From Candidatus Latescibacterota bacterium (GTDB lineage Bacteria > Latescibacterota > UBA2968 > SICM01), in NCBI GenBank assembly GCA_965217865.1, contig CBDCJO010000002.1, positions 4,192,001-4,256,000 of the forward strand: a DNA stretch of 64,000 bases, in the 5' to 3' direction. Position 1 is the first letter of the stretch; the number at the start of each line of letters is the position of its first letter. Positions 10,388 through 20,975 of the stretch are shown here, one piece after another. The notes beneath the pieces are model-generated. The model was not told the DNA's origin, made no database searches, and worked only from the letters and a program-made list of their open reading frames with translations. Made by a program: the position numbers and the translations under genes.

Positions 10388-10528
10388 TTATGTTCTATAG
10401 TCCAGAGGGTATTCCACTGCCGCGGAAACTCTATCTCGCATAGACATACCCATGCCATTCCGGACAGTGGAGGTGCTTTGCCAATCTTGACAAACTGATT
10501 GAAAACCAAACGTGGCCTTGATTGCCAT
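10388..10528 (-). CDS. Putative 46-aa leader peptide with an MGMSM cluster
   Basis: AAGGAG RBS; MAIKATFGFQSVCQDWQSTSTVRNGMGMSMRDRVSAAVEYPLDYRT*; ends 26 nt before the terminator. Confidence 0.6.
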   Translation of the reverse strand: MAIKATFGFQSVCQDWQSTSTVRNGMGMSMRDRVSAAVEYPLDYRT

Positions 10529-10757
10529 GAAATTCTCCTTTTGCAGCATAAATAAATCTACCTTAATACCGATCCTCTGTCAAGTGGGGAGGTTTTGCTG
10601 CAACGCCTAACAAGCTTTTGCGGCTCGGCGTATCCACACCCCTCGACGACTTCTCCCTCTCACTGATCCCAGCTGGCCACGAAGTCGTCGATGTCGAAAT
10701 CCGCTGGCATTTCGTAAAAGAAGTATTTCATCGGTTAACTCACAAGAGGCAAATCTT

Positions 10758-11696
10758 ATGAAGGTTGATGAGATCAAGCGAATAGCCGTTGTCGGTGCCG
10801 GCTTGATGGGCCACGGGATCGCCCAGGAATTTTCCCTCGCCGGTTATGAAGTCCACCTGCAATCTCGTACCGAAGAGAGTCTGCAAAAAGCCATCTTGGA
10901 TATTCAGAAAAACCTCGAGTTCCTAACGGGGCTTGGACAGGTGACCCCTGAGCAGGCCGAGCCCGTTCCGGCCAGGATCCATACCACTACGGAGTTCGAA
11001 CAGGCGGTCGAAGACGCCGATGTGGTCATCGAGTCCGTCTTCGAGGATCTTGCGCTCAAGCAAAAGATCTTTCAGGACCTTGACAAAGTGTGCCCGGAAC
11101 GCACGATCCTGGCGAGCAACACCTCCAGCTTGATGCCGAGTGCGTTCGCGTCCGGCACCCGCAGGCCTGAAAAGGTGCTCGTGGCACACTACGCCAACCC
11201 GCCTTATTTAATCCCGGTCGTCGAAATCGTCCCGAGTGGGGAGACATCCGACGAAACCGTGACGACCATATCTGATCTCCTCACAAAGATGGGAAAGCGC
11301 CCCGTCATCGTACAAAAAGAAGTCCCGGGTTTCGTCCTCAATCGCCTTCAGGGAGCGCTTCTTCGGGAGGCGCTTTGGCTTGTAGAAAACGGCATTGCGA
11401 GTCCACAGGATGTGGATATCGCCATAAAGAACGGCATCGGACGACGATGGGCGGCGGCCGGAATCTTCGAGGTGTTTGAGATCGCAGGATGGGATTTATT
11501 GATGGCGATGGCTTCAGGCCTTCTCCCCCATCTTGCATCTTCGCCGGAAGTACCTTTGGTGCTGAAAGAGAAAGTCGAACGCGGCGAACTCGGGGTAAAG
11601 ACCGGGAAGGGGTTCTATGAGTGGACTCCGGAGTCGGCCGAGGCCCTGAAACAAAGAATTGCGGAAGCCCTGGTCAAAATAGAGCGGTGGTCCTGA
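10758..11696 (+). CDS. 3-hydroxyacyl-CoA dehydrogenase family protein
   Basis: VVGAGLMGHGIA, ILASNTSS, HYANPPY, PGFVLNRLQ, GVKTGKGFYEW. Confidence 0.92.
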   Translation: MKVDEIKRIAVVGAGLMGHGIAQEFSLAGYEVHLQSRTEESLQKAILDIQKNLEFLTGLGQVTPEQAEPVPARIHTTTEFEQAVEDADVVIESVFEDLALKQKIFQDLDKVCPERTILASNTSSLMPSAFASGTRRPEKVLVAHYANPPYLIPVVEIVPSGETSDETVTTISDLLTKMGKRPVIVQKEVPGFVLNRLQGALLREALWLVENGIASPQDVDIAIKNGIGRRWAAAGIFEVFEIAGWDLLMAMASGLLPHLASSPEVPLVLKEKVERGELGVKTGKGFYEWTPESAEALKQRIAEALVKIERWS

Positions 11697-11812
11697 ACAT
11701 CCTAGTTTCGGTCGGTTCGCAAAACCTGAGAACGTCAAGGCAAGTTCTGCTTTGATCACGAAAAGCCGGCACTGTCCTGGCCCCGCAAGTGAAGGCTCTT
11801 GGAGGATTGTTG

Positions 11813-12993
11813 ATGTCGAAGACCTCAACCAGAAAAGCGAAGTTCATCTCTGAATTGAGAAAACAATTCGTTGATATGCTTTATGCCACCCAGGCCCTTA
11901 AAACAAAAGAAGTCGAAGCAGCCTTGCGATTTGTCCCGAGACACCTATTCGTTGATCGATTCTATGATTTTCAGAAGAAGAAACAATATCGTATAAAAGT
12001 GGATCCTGAAAACCCTACACCTGCACAATTGAAAAAGATATACTGTGACGATGCCCTGGTATCTCACCTGAGTCCGCACCCAACCAGTTCCACATCCCAG
12101 CCCAGTCTTGTTGCTCAGATGCTGGAGGAACTTCAGCTCAAGCCTGGTATGAAGGTTCTCGAAATTGGTGCCGGAACAGGTTGGAATGCTGCTTTGATGG
12201 GACATATTGTTGGTTCCAACGGCCACGTATGCACTATCGATATACAAACGGATGTTGCTCGAGGCGCCCGTCAGAAAATTCGTCGCTTTGACGCTAAGAA
12301 TGTGACGATTATTACTGCCGACGGTTGGAACGGATATCGAAAAGGAGCTCCTTACGACAGAATCATTACGACGGTAAGCTGTCCGGACGTTTCTCCTCAC
12401 TGGACCAGTTGAAGGGAGATGGGGCACTGTTGATAACGCTTCAGGACATACCGGGGGCATGTGATTGTCTTATGCCATTCTTGTGGAAAAAGAAAGATCA
12501 TCTGGAAGGTGAAGTGGTTGGATCGCCTGGATTTATGGTATTGCAGGGAAAGTATGGGATGGAGGTCGTGTTACCTGATGTGGCGAAGGAACGATTGACT
12601 CGTGCAAGAGCCGACAGAAAAGCGCATAAGAAGACAGCACCGTGGATTTGCTGGAATCCAGGCATACGCAGATGGACGGCGCTAGAGCTATTGTTTTTTA
12701 CCACTCTGGAAGGGATGTTCGTTGAGCCTGCATTAAGCCATTGTATTCTTTCCTACAAAGATTCGGAGAGTATCTGTATCACTGATACAGGTGAGGAACA
12801 CATTGAAGTGTATGGCGGCGAAGAAACCTATCGGGCTTTTGAGGATGTGGCTCGAAAATGGATCGAATTAGGGGCTCCGCGAAGAATCGCATACCGTATG
12901 GAAGTTTGGCCGAAGCAGGCTAAGAAGCGTAAACCAAAGAACGGCTGGTTGATGCAGCGTGTTCATTCACAGTTGATTTTTCGATTGAAATAA
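11813..12993 (+). pseudogene. Protein-L-isoaspartate O-methyltransferase-like protein with C-terminal extension, frameshifted near 12405
   Basis: VPRHLF, SSTSQPSLVAQML, VLEIGAGTGWNAA, APYDRII; continues as LDQLKGDGALL in another frame. Confidence 0.8.
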
Positions 12994-13080
12994 GGCTATC
13001 TTCGCATACTCACAACAAGAGGCCGTCCGTCTAAGCTGTACATACAACTCCACCTGAAACCTTTTACAGGAGAACAGGTC

Positions 13081-13629
13081 TTGATAGAGTTGAAAGGAGA
13101 GCTTGTTAAACTTAAAGCTTTAGAGAGAGATCATTGTCACACTTTGTGGGCACAAACTGAAGTGATTGGTGACTTGCCGACACAGGCCTTTCAGCCAAGT
13201 CTTGCTCGGGAAAATGCCGACAAATGGTTTGACGAAATGCAAGAAAAGCAGGGAAAATCACACTTTGATTTTGGCATTTTCGATGCGGAGGGTAATGTTA
13301 TCGGGCACATCCAGCTTCACAGCATCGACTGGCAAATGCGTTCAGCCGAACTGGGGTTAGGTCTGGTCAGTGAATCGAATCGGGGCAAAGGTTACGGCAC
13401 GGATGCCACACGGGTCATTATTCGTTATGGGTTTGACAACCTCGGATTACATCGCATTATGGCTGATCCAGTGGAATTCAACAAACCGGCGATCCGAGTT
13501 CTGGAGAAGTGCGGGTTTTCCGAAGAAGGCCAAGAACGCGAGGCCTTTTACTTCGGCGGTCGTTGGTATGACAGGGTTATATATGCAATCCTGGACGAGG
13601 AATTCCGAGAATCCTCACCGAAAGAATAG
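13081..13629 (+). CDS. GNAT acetyltransferase (RimJ/RimL type)
   Basis: NRGKGYGTDA, LGLHRI, NKPAIRVLEKCGF; AGGAG RBS. Confidence 0.88.
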   Translation: MIELKGELVKLKALERDHCHTLWAQTEVIGDLPTQAFQPSLARENADKWFDEMQEKQGKSHFDFGIFDAEGNVIGHIQLHSIDWQMRSAELGLGLVSESNRGKGYGTDATRVIIRYGFDNLGLHRIMADPVEFNKPAIRVLEKCGFSEEGQEREAFYFGGRWYDRVIYAILDEEFRESSPKE

Positions 13630-13658
13630 TCCCTAATTCGAAGGAGTTGAGGTTCAGT

Positions 13659-14774
13659 ATGAAGACAATCAAAAGCCTCAGACGATTAGAGGAAACAACA
13701 ATCCGCCTCGGCGGTGCCGGTGACGACTGGCACATGACCTGGAGCGACAACGACAAACAGTATTTCAGCCTGAACGATGGAACCGGCTTCCCCGGAATGC
13801 CGCAAAAGAAGTACAACAGCCGCGCCTACGCAGTGTCCGGCGATCCCCCTGAAGTGACCTTCGAATATCTCTCCGGATATCCCGACCTGGTTACCACTCC
13901 AGGATCTGACGATTCGAATCGCTATTACAATTTCGGTATCCTTGCTCTCGACGGCAGGATCTATCAGTTCCTGAGCACCCCGAACCACCCCTTCCGCGAA
14001 CCCGGACCCAGATTTGTGGGTGCGAAGCTGATCTATTCGCCGGACAACGGCCAGACTTGGCGCAATCAGGACGGCTCTGCGCCGGTCAGATGGGAACCCT
14101 GGGAGCAGAGAAGCCGCGAGAACATGCTGTTCTTCTACGAGCCGAACGACGCCTTTTCGCTCCTGACCGTTCTGCAGATGGGAAGGAACTACGAGCACAA
14201 CAGGGACGGATTCGTCTACCTCTATGCCCCTAACGGCAACACGGAAGGGACGATGAACCAGCTTGCGATGTGCCGTGTGCCGAAGGACCGCATAAGCGAC
14301 CGCGGCGCGTATGAGTTCTTCGCGACGCAGCGCTCGGACGGGGGTGCGGAATGGTCGGAAAGGATCGAAGACAGAGGTGTCATTCACACCTTTCCATCCG
14401 GTTGGGTGAACAAAACGGTCCATCCCTGGTCCTGGCAGCCGAGCCTGGTCTACTACCCCTCGACCGGCCAGTACCTGATGGCAAATTGGGGTACGGGCTG
14501 CTCAGCGGAAGGGGAATGGTTTGGAAAACCGAGTTATCTCGGATTCTGGACTGCGCCGGAGCCCTGGGGACCCTGGACCCAGATTCACGAGGAGCAGGAG
14601 TGGACCCCGAAGGGAGACCCAAACGCGTGTGCCTACGAACCCCACATCGCGCCCAAGTGGATTTCCGACGACGGCAGGTCGTTCTGGTTGGTCTGGAGCG
14701 ACTTCCAGGAATTAGGGGGCAACAGACCCTACTACGCGTTTAACGTTCAGAAGGTTGAGGTGCGTCTGGACTAG
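13659..14774 (+). CDS. Hypothetical protein, DUF4185-like/beta-propeller
   Basis: Long ORF with GC3 bias; GDDWHMTW, SPDNGQTW Asp-box-like motif, APEPWGPW, PKWISDDG. Confidence 0.6.
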   Translation: MKTIKSLRRLEETTIRLGGAGDDWHMTWSDNDKQYFSLNDGTGFPGMPQKKYNSRAYAVSGDPPEVTFEYLSGYPDLVTTPGSDDSNRYYNFGILALDGRIYQFLSTPNHPFREPGPRFVGAKLIYSPDNGQTWRNQDGSAPVRWEPWEQRSRENMLFFYEPNDAFSLLTVLQMGRNYEHNRDGFVYLYAPNGNTEGTMNQLAMCRVPKDRISDRGAYEFFATQRSDGGAEWSERIEDRGVIHTFPSGWVNKTVHPWSWQPSLVYYPSTGQYLMANWGTGCSAEGEWFGKPSYLGFWTAPEPWGPWTQIHEEQEWTPKGDPNACAYEPHIAPKWISDDGRSFWLVWSDFQELGGNRPYYAFNVQKVEVRLD

Positions 14775-14961
14775 TAGTGGATTGTTACATACACTATGAT
14801 ATTTCCTGCCTGTCTGAACTGAGAGAATTCTTTTGACTGTGATCGCTATACGGAGTTACATTGCAGGTTGTAGTGAGACAAACAAAGGACCACGACAATC
14901 GTCATCCTGAAGTGTTGATGTTCTCTGACAAGGCAGACGTTTCCGGAAGGGAGAATCAGGT

Positions 14962-15804
14962 ATGGCTGCAAGCGACATCCGTCAACACGGGAAACTCATT
15001 GAGCGGCTCAAAGCCCAGGCTCTAGAGACCCGTCGGTTCCTCGTGGGACACACAATTCGCCACGGAACCCATCTGGGCGGCGCTTTATCAGCCACGGACC
15101 TCCTTACAGCGCTCTACTTCCACTTCATGAGGATACAACCCGAGAATCCGGATTGGGTGGATCGGGACATGTTCATTCTGAGCAAGGGGCATGTGGGCAT
15201 AGCGCTTTACTACCTGCTAGCAAAGAGGGGCTTTTTTTCCATCGAGGATCTCGACAGCTACGAGAAGACAGGAACCATATTTGGCACGCACCCCTCCAAT
15301 AAGATTCCAGGCGCGGAAGTGACCACCGGGTCACTCGGCCACGGCCTCTCCGTAGGTGTGGGAATGGCCATCGTGGGTAAAAGGGATGCAAAAGACTACA
15401 GAGTCTTTGTAATGCTCGGCGACGGCGAGCTCCAGGAGGGATCTGTCTGGGAGGCGGCCATGTCCGCCTCTCACCACAGACTGGACAATCTCATCGCCAT
15501 AGTGGATCGCAACCGGTTCCAGGGGGGAGAAGCGACCGAAGAAATACTCTCTCTCGAGCCCATAGACCGCAGGTTCGCCGCCTTCGGCTGGTCGACGGCC
15601 ACGATCGACGGCCACGATATGGATAATATCGTTCAGACCATGGGAGCCTTGCCCTTCGAGAAGGGCAAACCATCGCTCATCGTTGCCAATACGATCAAAG
15701 GCAAGGGCGTCTCCTTCCTGGAGAACAAAGCTGAGTCCCATATCCTCATTCTATCCAAGGAACAGGGAAAGGAGGCCCTTAAGGGACTGGAGGTGCCCCA
15801 ATGA
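14962..15804 (+). CDS. Transketolase, N-terminal (TPP-binding) subunit
   Basis: RDMFILSKGH, TGSLGHGL, GDGELQEGSVWEA. Confidence 0.92.
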   Translation: MAASDIRQHGKLIERLKAQALETRRFLVGHTIRHGTHLGGALSATDLLTALYFHFMRIQPENPDWVDRDMFILSKGHVGIALYYLLAKRGFFSIEDLDSYEKTGTIFGTHPSNKIPGAEVTTGSLGHGLSVGVGMAIVGKRDAKDYRVFVMLGDGELQEGSVWEAAMSASHHRLDNLIAIVDRNRFQGGEATEEILSLEPIDRRFAAFGWSTATIDGHDMDNIVQTMGALPFEKGKPSLIVANTIKGKGVSFLENKAESHILILSKEQGKEALKGLEVPQ

Positions 15805-16742
15805 GTGCTTATTCATCGTCCACACTCTACGAAGTGTGGGACAGGCAGCTCACAGAGCTGGGGGAGGAAAACAAAGACATTTACACCGTGGACGCCGAGG
15901 CGCTTTTTATGGTGGCGAACTTCAGGAAGGCCCATCCGCAGAGAGCCATTCAGGTGGGCATCGCTGAGCAGAACATGATCGGCGTCGCCGCAGGTATCGC
16001 GGCCAAAGGAAAGATTGTCTTCGCGCACACGATGGCAAATTTCCTGACACTCCGGGCCTGCGAGATGGTCCGGGACGACATCGTCTACAACGGCTTCAAT
16101 GCAAAGATCGTATCCTCCTACGCCAGCGTCCTGGGCGGCCCCTGGGGGTCGACGCATCACGGCTTAGAGGATGTGGCTGTCATGCGGACAATTCCCGGGA
16201 TGACGATCGTTGTGCCGGCCGACGGCTACCAGGTGAAGCAGGCAGCGAGGGCCGCGGCGGGGTTCGAGGGACCGATGTACATCCGCCTTGAATCTGACGT
16301 GCCTGTCGACCTCGACAAATCTGACTTCAAAGTGGGGGGTTCGATAGTGCTCAGGGAAGGCACGGATCTCATCTTGATGGCGTGCGGGGCGATGGTAGGG
16401 CGCTCGCTCGAAGCCGCCCGGATCCTCTCAGAGAAGGGTGTCGATGCGGGTGTGGTGAACATGCACACCGTCAAACCCATTGACAAACAGGCGATTCTCC
16501 GGTCGGGAACGCAGACACGTGGAATCGTCACCGTAGAGGAGCACAGCATCATCGGCGGCCTTGGAAGTGCGGTGGCGGAATTCGTCGCGGAAGAAGTACC
16601 TAACACCAGGGTAAAAAGGATCGGGTTCGAAGACACCTTCTCGATTCTGGGGAAATACGAGGATATCCTCACACACTACGGGCTTGATCCCTCAGGCATC
16701 GCTGAGAAGGCATTGGAGTTTCACAGGGTTCTGACAGAGTGA
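15801..16742 (+). CDS. Transketolase, C-terminal subunit
   Basis: GIAEQNMIGVAAG, THHGLED, TVEEHSIIGGLGS; ATGA overlap with the upstream gene. Confidence 0.92.
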   Translation: MSAYSSSTLYEVWDRQLTELGEENKDIYTVDAEALFMVANFRKAHPQRAIQVGIAEQNMIGVAAGIAAKGKIVFAHTMANFLTLRACEMVRDDIVYNGFNAKIVSSYASVLGGPWGSTHHGLEDVAVMRTIPGMTIVVPADGYQVKQAARAAAGFEGPMYIRLESDVPVDLDKSDFKVGGSIVLREGTDLILMACGAMVGRSLEAARILSEKGVDAGVVNMHTVKPIDKQAILRSGTQTRGIVTVEEHSIIGGLGSAVAEFVAEEVPNTRVKRIGFEDTFSILGKYEDILTHYGLDPSGIAEKALEFHRVLTE

Positions 16743-16844
16743 TCCAGATCTGACCCTGGTGTGAAAATCCCATCTATCCTTCATGAGAAAGAAATCGGCC
16801 TTGCCATCCCGGCAAGGCCGTTAAGTTATAAGGCCGCGGCAGGC

Positions 16845-16964
16845 GCATAACACGACCGTCTGCGGCTCCGGCGCATTCGCCTTAGCCCAACCCGGCTTCC
16901 TCCTCCGTTGCGTTGCAGCTTCGGAGGATAAGCCACAGGTTCGCAGCCCGTGAACGCGTTATTC
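16845..16964 (+). other. attC-like site (plus strand)
   Basis: GCATAAC...ctgcgg...cgcagc...GTTATTC imperfect hairpin. Confidence 0.6.
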
Positions 16965-17131
16965 CGACACTGGCTCCCAAGTAAGAGAGTAAGCGGATTC
17001 GCATGATGTGGTGAGGTTCGGCGTAGATGCAGTAGATATATGATGGGAAAACAAGAATCAGAACCTACGGGGTATATCTCCAGAATACAGGGAAATATGT
17101 TGCTTATACCTAATAGAAAGGAGAACTTTTA

Positions 17132-17278
17132 ATGGAAGCATTAGGAATAGTTGGAGTGACCTTTGGGATTATCGCTTGGGGTCTTATAGCCAGCTTAAGG
17201 AAAGACTTTGAAGAGTTGAAGAAGAACCTACAGGACTCTGGAGTCCTGAAAGAACAACCGAAATCTGAGGATAAATAG
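17132..17278 (+). CDS. Small membrane-anchored hypothetical protein (48 aa)
   Basis: AGGAG RBS; MEALGIVGVTFGIIAWGLIASLRKDFEELKKNLQDSGVLKEQPKSEDK*, one TM helix plus coiled coil; below the ORF-track cutoff. Confidence 0.6.
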   Translation: MEALGIVGVTFGIIAWGLIASLRKDFEELKKNLQDSGVLKEQPKSEDK

Positions 17279-17341
17279 ATTCTATTATTTGCCCAACAAT
17301 TGTTGCAACCAACTATAGCTATAACAGTTTCACCCATCAGT

Positions 17342-17707
17342 TTATTCGTTGGCAGCGATAAAGTCGTCATCGGTAAAATACAGTTCATTACCATCCATAT
17401 CGGCGATTTTCATTACTGGCATGCCCCAATGTTTATTGGATACTTCTACGCCGGAACTCTGGAATTCGTCGGATAAAGCTTCTGTTTCCCCCGGGCCAAT
17501 TGACATGAAAATTCTCCCGTGGCCAGGTTCTTGGCTGCCCTTGTTCAGTATTATTTCGAGTCCGTTGCAGTTAACTTGAGCCGCTATAATCCTACCTTCC
17601 TCATCGTGTTGCCATTTCTTTGTGAATCCGAGATCATTCTCATACATTTGAAGCGATTTCTCGACGTCCTTGGTAAAGAACACAGTACGACAATACCACC
17701 CTGACAT
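17342..17707 (-). CDS. Glyoxalase/bleomycin-resistance (VOC) family protein
   Basis: DVEKSLQMY...LGF and HWGMPVMKIADMDGNELYF; AAGGAG RBS. Confidence 0.8.
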   Translation of the reverse strand: MSGWYCRTVFFTKDVEKSLQMYENDLGFTKKWQHDEEGRIIAAQVNCNGLEIILNKGSQEPGHGRIFMSIGPGETEALSDEFQSSGVEVSNKHWGMPVMKIADMDGNELYFTDDDFIAANE

Positions 17708-17789
17708 GTCTTTCTCCTTTACAAATTGAATGAGTTCGGCCCAACTGTCGAACCCATACTGGGAGGCAACGACAAACTGAGCGTCTGCA

Positions 17790-18100
17790 CCCCTTCTCCC
17801 GCCCTTCGACAGGCTCAGGACAGGCTCCGCAGGAGAAGGGGGACGATGACATTCAATTTCTATATATTAAGGATCTCGCCTTTCCCTTCATTAAACGATT
17901 AGATCATTTTCGATCTTCCCCTCTCCCGGCACCCGGGAGAGGGGTGCCGAGCTTGTGAGGCGGGGTGAGGGAGCACGACGGCGTTCCAAAAAGGTTGCAA
18001 AACTAAAGAAAGTGTTGCACGGAAAGCAATGATTCAAATCTGAGAATACAGAGATCCTTCGACTACGCAGAGCTGCAGCTCTGCTCCGCTCAGGACGTGG
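17790..18100. repeat. Cluster of REP-like palindromes
   Basis: cccctctcccgg..ccgggagagggg; cttcgacaggctcaggac; gatccttcgactacgc...gctccgctcaggac, which recurs inverted near 56757, 57078 and 61083. Confidence 0.65.
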
Positions 18101-18135
18101 CTTTCGGAACAATTCACTGGTGGTTCAAATTAGCT

Positions 18136-18638
18136 ATGAAGAGTGGTGTTTTCGTCGTTGTATTCAACGAGCACAAGACACAGGTATTGCTTCACAAGCA
18201 GGCGGACATCCGCATCTGGTCACTTCCGGGAGGAGGAATTGAATCGGACGAAACATGGGAAGAGGCCGGAGTGCGAGAAGTATACGAGGAAACAGGTTAT
18301 CAGATCAAGATCGAACGGCTGATTGGAGAGTATTCAATCCCCCAAATTGACGGATTCGAATACGCATGTCTTGGCTGCGTTGTTGGCGGAGAGGCGATCA
18401 AAAAGGGACCAGAAACACTGGCTGTCATGTGGTTCGCCACGGACGCCCTGCCCAGAAGCGTGGGAAGTTCGACCGAAAGTACATAAAAGATGCAGTGGGC
18501 AACTCGCCGGCGCCTGTGAAGAAAACCTTGTACATGTCGCCCCCTGAACTCGTTCTGATTCGCACCTTGTTTTTCCTACGGAACCTTCGCATTCGTATCA
18601 GGGAGCTGTTGAAACCTGCTGCTGAGGAGCGATGCTGA
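18136..18638 (+). pseudogene. NUDIX hydrolase, frameshifted near 18470
   Basis: PGGGIESDETWEEAGVREVYEETG; C-terminus in a second frame. Confidence 0.75.
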
Positions 18639-18697
18639 GCTTGAGCACAAGATCCAGGGCTTACTCCTTGAATCCGGTAAGGTTTTCGGAATTTAGT

Positions 18698-20187
18698 TCA
18701 TTTTCTCCTTGCATTTTCCCATAGATGCCGAAACCCGTTCTGTTCTCTTCGCGTCAATATTTTCCATAGAATCAAATTATCCTTAAAATAATTCGAGTCA
18801 TTCAAATGATAATTTTTAAGGTAATTAAAAGATAAAGGCTTGACAAGTGGACCCATATTGTGTATATTATATACACACTTAAGGAGGTTCACAATGAACT
18901 TGTTTGATATTATGACCCGCTTTCCAGACCAGCAGTCATGCATCGATCATCTTGAAAGGATCAGGTTTGGAAACGAGCCTTACTGCCCGCTTTGCGGGGA
19001 TATGGACGTTGCTCGCAAGAAGGAACGAAACCTTGTGGGCCGTTGGAACTGCCACGGTTGCAATTCCAGCTTCAACGTATTGTCCAAGACCATCATGCAG
19101 AAAACGAAGGTGCCGCTTCAGAAGTGGTTCTGCGCAACGTGGTATTTATGTTTGTAATTCCCATAATAATATACCCAATACCAGCCAGGCCGTCAAGCCT
19201 TTATCTTTTAATTACCATTTTTAATTTCTTCAGGCGTTAATCGATCCTTAATTGAAAGATTGACTGGAAATTGTCCAATATTCCGAACATATCCCACTTG
19301 CATCTCTGGGCCAATTGAATAATTGATCCACTCTTCCGCAATGCGTATCATCTTCCGATTATTTTCTAAGGAGCAACCGATCATCCAATTATCCACCCAT
19401 CCGGTTACCCCTTCTTTAGGTTGCGAGAATTTCCAAACCTCCCCCCTTTTTTTAAGCTCATGAAAAGAAAAACCCCACGCTGTCGCCAGAGTAAGACCTT
19501 GTAATTGGTCGGCTTTATCAACACCTACCCAAAATGATTTTGCATTATGTGCAAGGATCTTCAAGTGATGTTGAAACTTTTCATTTTTTCTAAGAAATTC
19601 AAAGTCAAAGATCTGTTCCTTATTAAAACCTAAAGCAAGTGCGGTAATATAAATATTAGCCTCATGGTAATCGGAACTTATTATATAAGCACCAGCGTAT
19701 TTTTTTCCCAAAAAACATTCCAGCTTTTGGGTTCTTTTTTCACGAGACTTGTGTTGTAAGCAAGTCCATAAGGCCCATATACGATAGGGACACCATATAT
19801 CTTATCATCTTGTGTAATATATTCTGCCTTCTTTAAAGCAGGTATGATGTATTGATAATTCGGAATATTTTCCAGGTTAATTGGTAATACAAGCTTTCCG
19901 CGAATTAAATTCCATTGGTGTGATTTTGGAATGTTATGGGCCGGGCTAATAAGATCAACGTTTTTTGCTCGAATTTCATAAAAAAACTCTTTAGGATCGG
20001 AAACGTCTTTAACAACAACCTTTAAATCTATATCATATCTGTTTTTGATGAATTGTTCGAATTGTTTGGTATGCGTCCCTGGAGCGTATCCCTCCCAACA
20101 TAAAATCCTCAATTCTTCAGAATAACAATAGGGAGTAAGAACGATACAAAAAAACAGGATCACGATAAGTCGTGTTAAGATATGCAT
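18698..20187 (-). pseudogene. ABC transporter substrate-binding protein (PotD/PotF-like), frameshifted and IS-interrupted
   Basis: Signal peptide, LRILCWEGYAP, YGVPIVYGPYGLAYN, PKEGVTGWVDNW; frameshift near 19705; last codons (YHLNDSNY...NARRK*) lie beyond the IS1595 remnant. Confidence 0.8.
18820..19216 (+). mobile_element. Internally deleted IS1595-family element (397 bp, MITE-like)
   Basis: 25-bp IRs ggtaattaaaagataaaggcttgac / gtcaagcctttatcttttaattacc; 8-bp DR ATTTTTAA; encodes only the Zn ribbon (CPLCG, CHGC...FNVLSKTIM...KWF). Confidence 0.88.
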
Positions 20188-20375
20188 TCTTTGATCCTCT
20201 CTTGCGAATGCCGCCACCATTCACAGGGTGTTACCATTCTCAGATTTTCACCTCAATTTGCATAGACAAGATAAACGCTAAATAAGGAGGGGGCAAGAGA
20301 TTCCGGTTACAACTGGGAAATTCCGGATCCTGCATGAGCGATAGGTAGGTAACAGGAAATTATAAGGAAGGTAAT

Positions 20376-20831
20376 ATGGAAGAAACAAAATGGCACATCA
20401 GACAGGCATCCATTGAAGATTCTATAAACCTGAAGAACTGTATGGAATCCGCCTACTCGGTTTATCTGCAAAGACTTTGTGATAAACGGCTGCCGCCTAT
20501 GGATGCGGACTACGAAGATGAAATCAGATCTTTTCCGGTTTGGGTTGCAGAATCAGATAAGAAGATAGTGGGTGGTTTAATACTAATGTTTGAAGAGCAC
20601 TATGCTTCAATCGCAAACATCGCTGTGCATCCTGAATTTCAGGGTAATGGTCTTGGCCGAGGTCTTATGGAGTTTGCAGAATCCGAAGCAAAGCGTATGG
20701 GATACGCTGAAATGCGCCTTTCAACCCATGTTTCATTAACTGAAATTGTGTCTTTGTATCTGCATTTGGGGTGGTCAGAAACCGATCGTGATGATGTTCG
20801 AGTATACATGATGAAAAAGCTCGATAGATAG
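20376..20831 (+). CDS. GNAT-family N-acetyltransferase
   Basis: NIAVHPEFQGNGLGRGLM. Confidence 0.88.
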   Translation: MEETKWHIRQASIEDSINLKNCMESAYSVYLQRLCDKRLPPMDADYEDEIRSFPVWVAESDKKIVGGLILMFEEHYASIANIAVHPEFQGNGLGRGLMEFAESEAKRMGYAEMRLSTHVSLTEIVSLYLHLGWSETDRDDVRVYMMKKLDR

Positions 20832-20975
20832 TTCCGCGCTATTGTTTCCTAAGGAGGACACGATGATGCTGAAATCCCATTCGCTCCTTGGAAACCCGCT
20901 TCGCGCGGTTCGTGCCCCCTCTTGACCGTTTTCTGAAATGTCTTTTCCAGCCACTCGCAATCGGTAAACTGTCCC

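Noticed and set aside
10200-10545. T-box or SAM riboswitch for metG
   Set aside because: I could not see the T-box consensus or a SAM-I core by eye; a leader ORF with Met codons fits better. An Rfam scan is still needed.
3-12993. RiPP cluster (SagB-like oxidase plus PIMT-like methyltransferase)
   Set aside because: The genes are ~10 kb apart, differ in composition, and no YcaO, lanthipeptide synthetase or precursor is visible.
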